Shown: in pieces, positions 9,702 to 18,251 of the stretch | Position numbering within the stretch: position 1 is the first letter of the stretch | Layout: each line of letters starts with the position of its first letter | From: an uncultured Thermoplasmata archaeon | Lineage (GTDB): Archaea > Thermoplasmatota > Thermoplasmata > SG8-5 | Assembly: GCA_964354755.1 (NCBI GenBank) | Contig: CAYHBA010000001.1 | Span: 224,009-288,008 of the forward strand | Direction: 5' to 3' | DNA length: 64,000 nt | Position numbers and translations under genes: made by a program | Notes under the pieces: model-generated | Databases searched by the model: none | Told to the model about the DNA's origin: nothing | What the model saw: the letters and a program-made list of their open reading frames with translations, nothing else

Positions 9702-11038
9702 CCGACTGGTGCTCACTGAAGCCTGCCGAGCTGCCCGAGGCCATCGTGAAAAAAGCCCTCAAGATGGGCGCGGACGATGTCATATGCACATCCGAGACAG
9801 GCGACACCAAGCAGATAAGGTTCGCAAACAACTCGGTGACTGCTTCGAAGTCATGGGCCAGCACTGAAATAAACATTTACATCACCAAGGATAAGCGCAT
9901 ACTGTCCACGGACATTACAATGCTTTCTGAGATCGACAGAGCCCTCGACGAGCTGGCCAAGAGAGTGAAACTCATGGAGCCGAACGACGAGTTCGGCGGA
10001 ATCGCCCAGGGCATCGGAAAGTACAGGAAGGACATGGCCGATGCGACAATCGCGACCATGGTCGAGGAACTGTACGACCATGTGGACGCTGCCATAGCCT
10101 CCGCCCAAGAGGAAGGCGCCAGCAGGGTCGCCGGTGTCCTGTACTCCAAAACGCAGCAAGTTCGCTTGGCCACGTCGGGCGGCGCGGTCGGCTCCTACGG
10201 CGACTCGGCCCTGGAGATATCGGTCCGGGCCATGTCGGACGCCCAGAGCTCGGGGCACATGGTCCAGTCCGTCACCAGCCCATGGAGGTTCGACCCGGAA
10301 AGGGTCGGCAGGGAGGCCGGGAGGCTTGCCAGGGAATCCAGGAACCCTGAAACAGGCGAAGAGGGCAAATTCGACGTTGTTTTCTCGCAGATGATATTCG
10401 CCAACATTCTCGAACATGTCGGCGCTTCCTGTTCGGCCGGGACGGTCGATGCGGGAATTTCATTCCTCAAGGATTGCCTGGGAAAGGGCGTGGCAAGCCC
10501 CGAATTCAATTGTTATGACGACGGGACCGATCCGGAATCGATACTGTCCCCGCCTTTCGACCAGGAGGGGGTGCCCACCCGCAGGACCTCGCTGTTCGAG
10601 AAGGGTGTGCTGAAGAACTACCTGCATAACACCAGCACGGCCAAGCGGTACAATACCGCGTCCACGGGGAATTCCGGGCTGGTTTTCCCCAATCCCTGGA
10701 CAGTGTGCATGGAGCCGGGCATGAAAACCAAGGACCAGCTGATATCGCAGGTCGACAGGGGGTACTACATGACCAACACATGGTACACGCGGTTCCAGAA
10801 CTACCAGACCGGGGATTTCTCCACGATACCGAGGGACGCCATCTTCCGCATCGAGAAGGGCAGGCTCGTGGGCCCTGTGAAAGACATCAGGATATCCGAG
10901 AACATGCTGAACATCCTGAAGAATGTCAGGGCCGTGGGAAACGACCCGATGCTGGTGCACTGGTGGGAGGTCGAGAGCCCCGTAATATGCCCGCATGTGC
11001 TGGTGGAGAAGGTAAATATTACGAAGAGCACGCAGTAG
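9698..11038 (+). CDS. pmbA: PmbA/TldE-family protein
   Basis: Paralogous to TldD and lacks the HExxxH motif. ATG at 9698 overlaps the tldD stop. The track ORF 9434.. is an out-of-gene extension. Confidence 0.8.
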   Translation: MTDWCSLKPAELPEAIVKKALKMGADDVICTSETGDTKQIRFANNSVTASKSWASTEINIYITKDKRILSTDITMLSEIDRALDELAKRVKLMEPNDEFGGIAQGIGKYRKDMADATIATMVEELYDHVDAAIASAQEEGASRVAGVLYSKTQQVRLATSGGAVGSYGDSALEISVRAMSDAQSSGHMVQSVTSPWRFDPERVGREAGRLARESRNPETGEEGKFDVVFSQMIFANILEHVGASCSAGTVDAGISFLKDCLGKGVASPEFNCYDDGTDPESILSPPFDQEGVPTRRTSLFEKGVLKNYLHNTSTAKRYNTASTGNSGLVFPNPWTVCMEPGMKTKDQLISQVDRGYYMTNTWYTRFQNYQTGDFSTIPRDAIFRIEKGRLVGPVKDIRISENMLNILKNVRAVGNDPMLVHWWEVESPVICPHVLVEKVNITKSTQ

Positions 11039-11072
11039 ACTGCTATATTAAAAATTCAATGCAAAACAGCTG

Positions 11073-12941
11073 TTGTCAGGAAGCAAAAAAATGACATCAA
11101 TGGTTGATATGCTCCACATCTCTGCGAGGCCTTATACCCGCTGGTGGTGGTTCTCAGGGAAGATCAATGAAGAAGATGTGAAATATCAATTGGATTGGCT
11201 CAAAGAGAATTATTTTGGCGGGGTGGAAATTGCATGGATATACCCGCTCCCCGGTTCCGATCCCGGGCCAAAGTGGCTTTCTCAGGAATGGTCTGACATC
11301 GTCGCCTTTGCAAAAGGATATGCGGAAAAGATCGGCCTTGGTTGTGATTTCACCTTTGGTTCATTGTGGCCGTTCGGCGGTCCAATCGTGGATGAAATGG
11401 ATGCATCGAGGAATTTCCTGGGACTTTCAGAACAGAGAATAAAAAAATCATGGGCGGAGCGGGATTCACCTCCCAGCTATGTGCTCAATCATCTCGATCG
11501 TGCATCACTCAGTCGATATGCTGGCAAGATGGGCGCAGCCCTCTTTGACGCATTGAACATTGGACCGTCCGCGCTTTTCTGCGACTCTTGGGAAGTGGAC
11601 ACTGATATGCTCTGGACCGATGGCTTTGATGTGTCATTCGCACAAAGGTTCGGCTATGATGTTTCTCCCTACATGCAGAAGTTGGACGAGTTTCCCGATA
11701 TTCGATACGATTACCGGAAGTTGTTATCCGACTATGTGCTCAACGAGTTTTACATACCGTACACAAACAATTGTAATTTACTCAAAGGTATTTCCAGAGT
11801 TCAATGTCATGGCGCACCTACTGACCTCGTCGCCGCATATGCTGCAGCTAATATTCCAGAGAGCGAAGCAATCTTATTCGATCCGCACTTTTCCCAGTTC
11901 GCCTCTTCGGCTGCGACCCTCACGGGTAAAACGGTCGTATCTGCGGAATCCTTCACATGTCTCTATGGATGGAAACGATATCCCGGACCCGGCGATTTCC
12001 AAAACCACGAGCATGTCGCGGACATGAAATTAGTGGCCGACGCGCTTTTTGCCAATGGAATAAACCTGATAATCTGGCATGGCATGCCCTACAATCCAAA
12101 AGGCGGCAATAACAGATTTTACGCATCGGTACATGTCGGCCCGGACAGCTGTTTCATTGACGAACTCCCCGCATTCAATCGTTATCTCGAACGCATTAGT
12201 TCCTTTATGCGACTTGGACAGAATTTCACCGACATCGCGGTGTACCTTCCGCTTGAAGACAATTGGATGAAGAGTGTGCTGCCCGAGAAACTCCGCAGGC
12301 CGAGCGCGAAATACTTCTGGGAATTGCATTATCAAAGGATCCCTGAGAACTTGGTTGGGTATAGGCCCACCTGGATATCCAATTATTTTTTAAAGGACGC
12401 ACAGTATCGCAAGGATGGGCTGCATTGTGGCCGCGCCGTCTTTAGCTCCTTGTACATCGACGTGGAATGGCTTGATCACGAGGCGCTCTTGAACATTCTC
12501 TGTCTTGCAGAGAAGGGGCTTCCCATATGTCTCAAGAAAAGACCGAATCAACCAGGGCTGAAAAAGAATCCTGATTTCGATAAAAATCTCGCCAAACTAT
12601 TGGAACATCACAATGTGAGGGCCGACCTGCTGAAAATTAATAAACTTCCACCTTTGGTTGCGGGTGAAGAAATACCCGAGTTCTTCTGCCGGATTTCAAA
12701 GGAGGCAGCATTCATATTCTTCGCCCATCCAAAAACAAAGGAATTGAAATATCCTATGAAGTACGGACAATCGCTATGCGAAAAGTCCATTGAAATACCT
12801 ATAAAGGTCCATATTTTCAATAATAATATCAATGTAAGATTGGTATTCGAACCATATCAATCCATACTTCTGAGAATAAACAAGAATGGCGACACCTTTT
12901 TTGAGGATATACGATTTTTACCGAAAGAACCGATTCGATGA
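11073..12941 (+). CDS. Hypothetical protein, possibly glycoside-hydrolase-like
   Basis: Long ORF with host-like GC and codon usage. An N-terminal RWWWF motif is present. No confident family assignment from sequence alone. Confidence 0.45.
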   Translation: MSGSKKMTSMVDMLHISARPYTRWWWFSGKINEEDVKYQLDWLKENYFGGVEIAWIYPLPGSDPGPKWLSQEWSDIVAFAKGYAEKIGLGCDFTFGSLWPFGGPIVDEMDASRNFLGLSEQRIKKSWAERDSPPSYVLNHLDRASLSRYAGKMGAALFDALNIGPSALFCDSWEVDTDMLWTDGFDVSFAQRFGYDVSPYMQKLDEFPDIRYDYRKLLSDYVLNEFYIPYTNNCNLLKGISRVQCHGAPTDLVAAYAAANIPESEAILFDPHFSQFASSAATLTGKTVVSAESFTCLYGWKRYPGPGDFQNHEHVADMKLVADALFANGINLIIWHGMPYNPKGGNNRFYASVHVGPDSCFIDELPAFNRYLERISSFMRLGQNFTDIAVYLPLEDNWMKSVLPEKLRRPSAKYFWELHYQRIPENLVGYRPTWISNYFLKDAQYRKDGLHCGRAVFSSLYIDVEWLDHEALLNILCLAEKGLPICLKKRPNQPGLKKNPDFDKNLAKLLEHHNVRADLLKINKLPPLVAGEEIPEFFCRISKEAAFIFFAHPKTKELKYPMKYGQSLCEKSIEIPIKVHIFNNNINVRLVFEPYQSILLRINKNGDTFFEDIRFLPKEPIR

Positions 12942-13477
12942 CATCACTGACCTTTGAGTTACATTTTATCAAGACTCACCTGGGACGGCGGGGGAGCAAC
13001 ACCAGTTGCGACCAATCCAAATTATGAATCCAGCTGGGGAGCATACGACATGTAAACTACCAGCCCCTAAAGGGACTAGCGTTTGTTGCCAGGGCTGGAT
13101 GTTTACCTAGGCAGCCTTGCACCTGATTATCAAAGCTAAGATGCTTTGATTTCATATGATGGAAAATGTACGGTGCAAGGCGGTCTATCTTTTGCATGCA
13201 TTCGTGTAAAGGCCTTTCATCCCTGGCTTAAAATCCAGGGGGTTCGGAGCGACCACACTTGGTCGCGACTAAACCGAATCTTGGATTCGGTGATACCGGC
13301 CTTTATCACTAAGCAGCCATTGTGGCATTAGAAAATGTTATAAACGTCAGCAGCTTGGCGGTTGCACCCGAGAATAAACCATGCAGGAATAGCCAAGCCT
13401 GGTCTACGGCGCTAGATTCAGGGTCTAGTCCTTAGTGGTTCTCCGGTTCGAAGCGAAGGCGAACGGCAATTAATTGC

Positions 13478-13763
13478 AGTATCGTTCGCTGAGTTCAGGA
13501 CGAGAAACGGTTTCAAGCAACCTATAGCATTTCTCGTCCGTGACTGCATCGAGCTTGCTCGATGCAATTGAGCTGGACTTCGCGAACTTCCGGATTCCTG
13601 CATCTATTCTTTCCAATTTGCTGTATCGTTCGCTGAGTCAGGACGAGAAACGGTCGTCAACAACCCTGAGCATTTCTCGTCCGTGACCGAGTCGAGCTTA
13701 CTCGACTCGATGTTGGCAAAGTCCTTCGTGAAAATCCGGATTCCTGCATCACATTCTTTTGGT
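13478..13763. repeat. Two tandem copies of a ~143-bp unit, each containing two hairpins
   Basis: Units at 13478-13620 and 13621-13763 share cgttcgctgag..caggacgagaaacgg...catttctcgtccgtgac...cggattcctgcatc. Each has a 10-bp stem (ggacgagaaa/tttctcgtcc) and a perfect 22-24-nt palindrome. The palindrome sequence differs between copies. Confidence 0.8.
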
Positions 13764-13846
13764 GCGCAACACGGTTATTTCAGAGCAAGTTATAAAAACT
13801 CTTTATAGTATCATGTATTGGTGGAATTACCCGCGGGGGCAGCAGA

Positions 13847-15526
13847 GTGATTGACAAGGGCTTCAACTATCTGATTTACGAGGAGAAATCCGACATCGCG
13901 TTCAAGATGTTCACCGACCTCATCAGCTCTGGGTCTCCAGGCCTCTGCATAACCACGCTGTACCCTCAGAAACTTCAAAAGATGTACGGGATGGACAAAG
14001 CCCAGGTGCATTGGCTCTCGGACTCGACCGGCGACAAGGAAACCTTAAGCCCAACCAGGCTGGATTTCGAGATCACCAGGGTCATCAACAAGTTCATCAA
14101 GGGCGGGGGCGAACCCGTGTTCCTCCTGGACGGCATGGCCTACCTGTCCCTGGAGAACGATTACGACAAAGTGAGAAAATTCATCAAGCGCATCAACGAC
14201 ATGGCCTCCATGCACGATGCCACAATCATGATCGTGATAAATCCGGACTCCTTCTCCAAGGAGACCGTGGCCATGCTTGAGAAGGACTTCGACAAGATAG
14301 GGAGGCCAAATGAGCTCGACCCCTCCCTCGGAGGCGGGCATCCCGCGCCGGCTCCGACCGGGGCAACCCCGACCCATGCACCCATTCCGCCTGTCGTTTC
14401 CTCAGCCAGCCTGCGCATACAGATGCCTCCGGAATCGCCTGTCGATTTGCCCTTGGAGGAGGAACTGGAGCTCGAGATAGAAGACATTTACCTCATCCAC
14501 AGGGGGACAGGCACGCTCATCCAGCGCAGGACCTGGCGGGAGCAGGACCTCATCGACCCGGACCTCATAGGGGGGATGTTCCAGGCCATCCTCGATTTCA
14601 TAAGCAACTCTTTTGCCAGCAGCCAGGCGTCCGAGTTCAGCAGGATGGAGGTCAAGGGCTACATCATTTTAATTGCGGACGGCAAGTACATCTCCGAGGC
14701 TATTGTATTCTCGGGCAAGGCCGAGGAATACATACACAAGATCCTGAACGATATCAAGAGGGTGTTGAAAGAGAACATCGCCGACATCGAAGGCCAATAC
14801 GGAAACGTGTTCAAGAATTACGATGGCGATGTGAGCAAACTCAGGGGCACCAGGAAATCACTGGACGCTCTGGCTCTTGGCATCAACAAGGCACTCGAGC
14901 CGCATATGAAGAAGGGCGTGAAGAAGCACCTCACCGATGTCGAGAGGCGGCAGAGCCAGGAGAAGTACAACCAGGCGATTGCCCTCGGGAGGTCGAAGAA
15001 ATACGATGACGCCCTCAAGGCATACGACGAGGCCCTGGCCATAGACCCGTGCAATATCCAGTCGCTGTTCAACAAGGCGGTTGTCCTCCAAATGCTGGGC
15101 AGGGTGCCGGAGGCGCTTGTGTGCTACGACCGCGCCCTCGAGGTGAACCCGAACGATTCCGAGACCTGGGGCAACAGGGGCATAGCCCTCAGGAGCCTGG
15201 GAAGGACGGAAGAGGCCATTGAGTCATACTACAAGGGGCTGGGCATTAACCCCGGGGATTCGGCCCTGTGGAGCAACCTGGGGATCGCGCTGAGAAGCGT
15301 GGGCAGGGTCAAGGAGGCCATTGAGTGTTATGACAAAGCCCTGGAAATCAATCCGAGCGACGCGGGCGTGTGGAGCAACAAGGGCGTGGTCCTGGGCAGC
15401 ATGGGCCTTCTGAAGGAGGCCATCGAGTGCTACGACAAAGCCCTGGCAATCGACCCGGGCAGGAAGCTCGCCCAGAGAAACAGGGATATCGCAATAAAGG
15501 AATTGGAGAAGAGGAGTGTGAAATAG
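13847..15526 (+). CDS. DUF835 (degenerate KaiC/RecA-like) - Roadblock/LC7-like - TPR repeat protein
   Basis: N-terminal ~150 aa matches the archaeal DUF835 pattern (GSPGLCITT...VFLLDGMAYL...IMIVINP). The middle segment IYLIHRGTGTLIQ...KGYIILIADGKYISEAIVFSG has Roadblock/LC7 character. Six or more TPR repeats at the C-terminus. Confidence 0.6.
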   Translation: MIDKGFNYLIYEEKSDIAFKMFTDLISSGSPGLCITTLYPQKLQKMYGMDKAQVHWLSDSTGDKETLSPTRLDFEITRVINKFIKGGGEPVFLLDGMAYLSLENDYDKVRKFIKRINDMASMHDATIMIVINPDSFSKETVAMLEKDFDKIGRPNELDPSLGGGHPAPAPTGATPTHAPIPPVVSSASLRIQMPPESPVDLPLEEELELEIEDIYLIHRGTGTLIQRRTWREQDLIDPDLIGGMFQAILDFISNSFASSQASEFSRMEVKGYIILIADGKYISEAIVFSGKAEEYIHKILNDIKRVLKENIADIEGQYGNVFKNYDGDVSKLRGTRKSLDALALGINKALEPHMKKGVKKHLTDVERRQSQEKYNQAIALGRSKKYDDALKAYDEALAIDPCNIQSLFNKAVVLQMLGRVPEALVCYDRALEVNPNDSETWGNRGIALRSLGRTEEAIESYYKGLGINPGDSALWSNLGIALRSVGRVKEAIECYDKALEINPSDAGVWSNKGVVLGSMGLLKEAIECYDKALAIDPGRKLAQRNRDIAIKELEKRSVK

Positions 15527-15529
15527 GGG

Positions 15530-16822
15530 ATGAAAATGCTTGACAAGGGGCTGAGATATCTCATCTACGAGGCCAGGACCAATTTCACCTATGAGCTGTA
15601 CGCCGAGTTCCTGAAAACCGGCACGAAGGGGCTGTGCATCACCACAACTATACCCAAGAAGCTGGAGAAGGAATACGGCCTGAAGAACACGGAAATCGTC
15701 TGGATAACCGACATGGAAGGCGTGGAGAGCGCCTTTGACCCCAAAGACCTGAACAAGAAAATCTTGACCAGGGTGAAGCAGTTCACCGAAAGAAACAATG
15801 ACTGCGTCATTCTGATAGACGACCTCGGATACCTGATACTGGAGAACAGCTACACCGAGGTGAGCAAGTTCCTCGATGCCCTGAGCCAGTGCACGACAAA
15901 AGCCAAATGCACCCTCATGGTGCCGATCAACCCGGACTCTGTCACAAAGGAGATATCGAACGCACTGGTCAAGAAGTTCGACCAAGTTAAAGATGTAAGG
16001 AATTACATTCTCACTGGCAACAAGGTCGAATGCCCCGAATGCGGGGCCATGTGGCGGACCAATGTCGACGCATGCGACATCTGCGGCTACCAGTTCTCAG
16101 CGGAGACCAACAAGCCCGGGCTCACCACGGAGGAGAAGCCCATACCGAGGATGGAGGCAAAGGTCTCTGGCAAGCTCAGGGTCAAGCCCCCGGAGGAGGA
16201 TAAAAGGACGCCGGAACCGCCGCCACCGCTTGCCTACGATTTCGAGAACAGGCCTTCGGACGATTCCTGGTTCAACAGGGGCGTGGCCCTGGAGAAGATG
16301 GGGAAGAGCGAGCAGGCAGTGGAATGCTTCGACAAGGCGCTGGAGCAGAACCCGAACGATTCATGGGCATGGTTCAACAAGGGAGTGTCCCTTCACAGAC
16401 TCGGACTCCTGGGCGAGGCACTTTACTGCTATGACAAGGCCCTCACCTACAACCCGAACGATCCGGACTTACTATCGAACAAGGGCATTGCCCTCAGGAC
16501 GCTGGGCAGGGCGGACGAAGCCCTTCAATGCTACAAGAAAGCCCTGTCCATCAACCCGGCGGATTCGGGCATCTGGTCCAACATGGGCGTCACGTACCGG
16601 GTCATGGGCATGAACGATGCGGCGCTGGACGCGTACAACAAGGCCCTGACCATAGACCCCTATGATGTGGGAGTGTGGCTGAATAAGGCCGCCGCGCTTC
16701 AGTCGCAGGGCAAGTTCGACGAGGCAATTGTCTGCTACGAGGAAGTGCTGAGAATCAACCCGTACCACCCCGTCGCGCTGAGGAACAAGGAATTCGCAAT
16801 GTCTAGGACGCTGCGCAGCTGA
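15530..16822 (+). CDS. DUF835 - zinc ribbon - TPR repeat protein, paralog of the upstream gene
   Basis: N-terminal domain paralogous to 13847..15526 (GLCITTTIPKKLEKEYG...VILIDDLGYL). CPECG...CDICGY zinc ribbon. C-terminal TPR repeats. Confidence 0.6.
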   Translation: MKMLDKGLRYLIYEARTNFTYELYAEFLKTGTKGLCITTTIPKKLEKEYGLKNTEIVWITDMEGVESAFDPKDLNKKILTRVKQFTERNNDCVILIDDLGYLILENSYTEVSKFLDALSQCTTKAKCTLMVPINPDSVTKEISNALVKKFDQVKDVRNYILTGNKVECPECGAMWRTNVDACDICGYQFSAETNKPGLTTEEKPIPRMEAKVSGKLRVKPPEEDKRTPEPPPPLAYDFENRPSDDSWFNRGVALEKMGKSEQAVECFDKALEQNPNDSWAWFNKGVSLHRLGLLGEALYCYDKALTYNPNDPDLLSNKGIALRTLGRADEALQCYKKALSINPADSGIWSNMGVTYRVMGMNDAALDAYNKALTIDPYDVGVWLNKAAALQSQGKFDEAIVCYEEVLRINPYHPVALRNKEFAMSRTLRS

Positions 16823-16855
16823 GTTATAGACCTAAAACTATATTTTTGCCCCATC
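16823..16855. other. attL (B-O-P') of the integrated element
   Basis: tatagacctAAAACTATATttttgccccatc. The core AAAACTATAT is identical to the one at attR. The ttttgccccatc arm is the exact reverse complement of the attR arm gatggggcaaaa. Confidence 0.65.
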
Positions 16856-17076
16856 AAGGTATCTGGCTCGGCTCGAAAAGGTGCCGTACTCCGCAATTAT
16901 CCCGAAATCTATAGAATGGCACAGAAGCAGCATGCAAGACGCATAATTGAGTTTTACAGCAGCGAAAGCGCTGAATCCCCAACCGACCGCGAGACCGATT
17001 TTACTCAATTTCATTTCCATGACGTTGACGGGGGTGCAGGATAATCAGTCAAACGACGCGGAAACACTCGCCTGGG

Positions 17077-17232
17077 TTTTGTGTGTGTGCGGGGGTTGGG
17101 GCAACCCAGCTCAGCAAGGGTAAATCCGCACCAATCGACGACCAACTTAGAGGATACGCTGCTGACGCAGAAAAAGTTGGCTGGCCAGGCCTGTCGATAG
17201 GGTCAATCCGGAGTAATAGCACACACACAAAA
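17077..17232. repeat. Long-range inverted repeat at the provirus left end
   Basis: ttttgtgtgtgtgc (17077-17090) pairs with gcacacacacaaaa (17219-17232). The ~130-nt interior contains further short hairpins (ggggttggggcaaccc). Confidence 0.7.
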
Positions 17233-17311
17233 TTCATCAAGTTACAGGGAGACATAAAGGAAGCGCACAAAACTCCCGCCGATAACACAAAACTCGAACG
17301 GAGATGGGAAA

Positions 17312-17617
17312 ATGAAACAAAGTAGACAGAAATCGAATCTAAGGGAACGCTACGAGACAGTAGCCAACGCAATCAGAAAGACATGGCCAGCAGAGGCCAT
17401 AATCCCTGTAAGTGCAATCAGATTGCTGATGGAGCGCCTCGACGTGCACATGTGCGACGAGCGCACCCAGAACAAGAATCTTAATCGACTCATGAGCAGC
17501 CAGGTTTTCGGCGATGCCGTCCTGGAGCGCGTCGATAGCGGCAAGATGAAGGTTCTTTCGAGGACACAACTCACCATCGAGGACAGGTGCACGATAGTTG
17601 AGTTGGTGCAGCAATGA
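17312..17617 (+). CDS. Hypothetical provirus protein
   Basis: Track ORF of 101 aa, first gene rightwards of the left-end hairpin. Confidence 0.4.
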   Translation: MKQSRQKSNLRERYETVANAIRKTWPAEAIIPVSAIRLLMERLDVHMCDERTQNKNLNRLMSSQVFGDAVLERVDSGKMKVLSRTQLTIEDRCTIVELVQQ

Positions 17618-17808
17618 GAGCGGGCTACAGACGGATGAAGACCTGCCCGGAATGCAAAAGCTCGAAAGTGTCCATGGCCAATGGGGTATTTCGTTGCGGG
17701 GCCTGTGGATATTCTAATTGCCTGCCAAATGCAGATAATTCAAGGTTGGAGTTCAGAACATATAGGAGGAAGCAATTTGGCAAAGAAAGAGTCGATAAAA
17801 TACCATGA
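17614..17808 (+). CDS. Small zinc-ribbon protein
   Basis: CPEC...CGAC four-cysteine motif. Overlaps the next gene start, so either may be truncated. Confidence 0.3.
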   Translation: MRAGYRRMKTCPECKSSKVSMANGVFRCGACGYSNCLPNADNSRLEFRTYRRKQFGKERVDKIP

Positions 17809-18247
17809 AACCCTGATAATCGGGCTGAGTCAGGAAATTGCGGACCTGATGATGAAGGGCGGCATCGATGTCGTGGAGTTCAAGCTGCATTGTACTGATT
17901 TATCTCTGGTGGTTCTGACCTGCATATCTTCCCGCGTGAAGAAGGCAGACCATCAGGATCTTGTCAAGATGCTCAAGAAAGCCGGGCGCACCTATATCAC
18001 GCTGTTTCTTTCGGATGCCCAGATTCCAACGCTGATGGCCATCAGCGCAGATGTCGGTGGCATATCTGGCTCGTATCGTTGCCATCATGAAGGGATATTT
18101 GTCACGTATGAAGGAAAGACATTCAACATTCTGCTGAAGTTCGTGCATGAGAAAGTTGGCGCCAAGTTGCTGTTGAGCCAGAGACTTCAAGACGCGCTGG
18201 CTGAAAAGAATGGCGTCATCGAACGACAGGCCGCGACAATGGGATAA
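17777..18247 (+). CDS. Hypothetical protein immediately upstream of the large terminase, positional candidate for a small terminase subunit
   Basis: TTG start with a GGAGGA RBS 6 nt upstream. Ends 4 nt before the terminase start. No recognisable motifs. Confidence 0.35.
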   Translation: MAKKESIKYHETLIIGLSQEIADLMMKGGIDVVEFKLHCTDLSLVVLTCISSRVKKADHQDLVKMLKKAGRTYITLFLSDAQIPTLMAISADVGGISGSYRCHHEGIFVTYEGKTFNILLKFVHEKVGAKLLLSQRLQDALAEKNGVIERQAATMG

Positions 18248-18251
18248 TTGT

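Noticed and set aside
13478-13763. Diversity-generating retroelement template/variable repeat pair, or CRISPR array
   Set aside because: Only two repeat copies exist. Differences are not adenine-specific, no reverse transcriptase or cas genes are nearby, and the repeats are intergenic rather than at a gene 3' end.
16823-17310. tRNA gene as integration target at either provirus junction
   Set aside because: I scanned both junctions and other intergenic regions for tRNA hallmarks (T-loop GGTTCGAATCC-like, acceptor/CCA context) and found none. Integration appears intergenic.
17083-17372. ORFs 17083..17325 (+) and 17049..17372 (-) at the provirus left end
   Set aside because: They coincide with the long inverted repeat and (TG)n/(CA)n tracts, so they are more likely structured noncoding DNA than genes.
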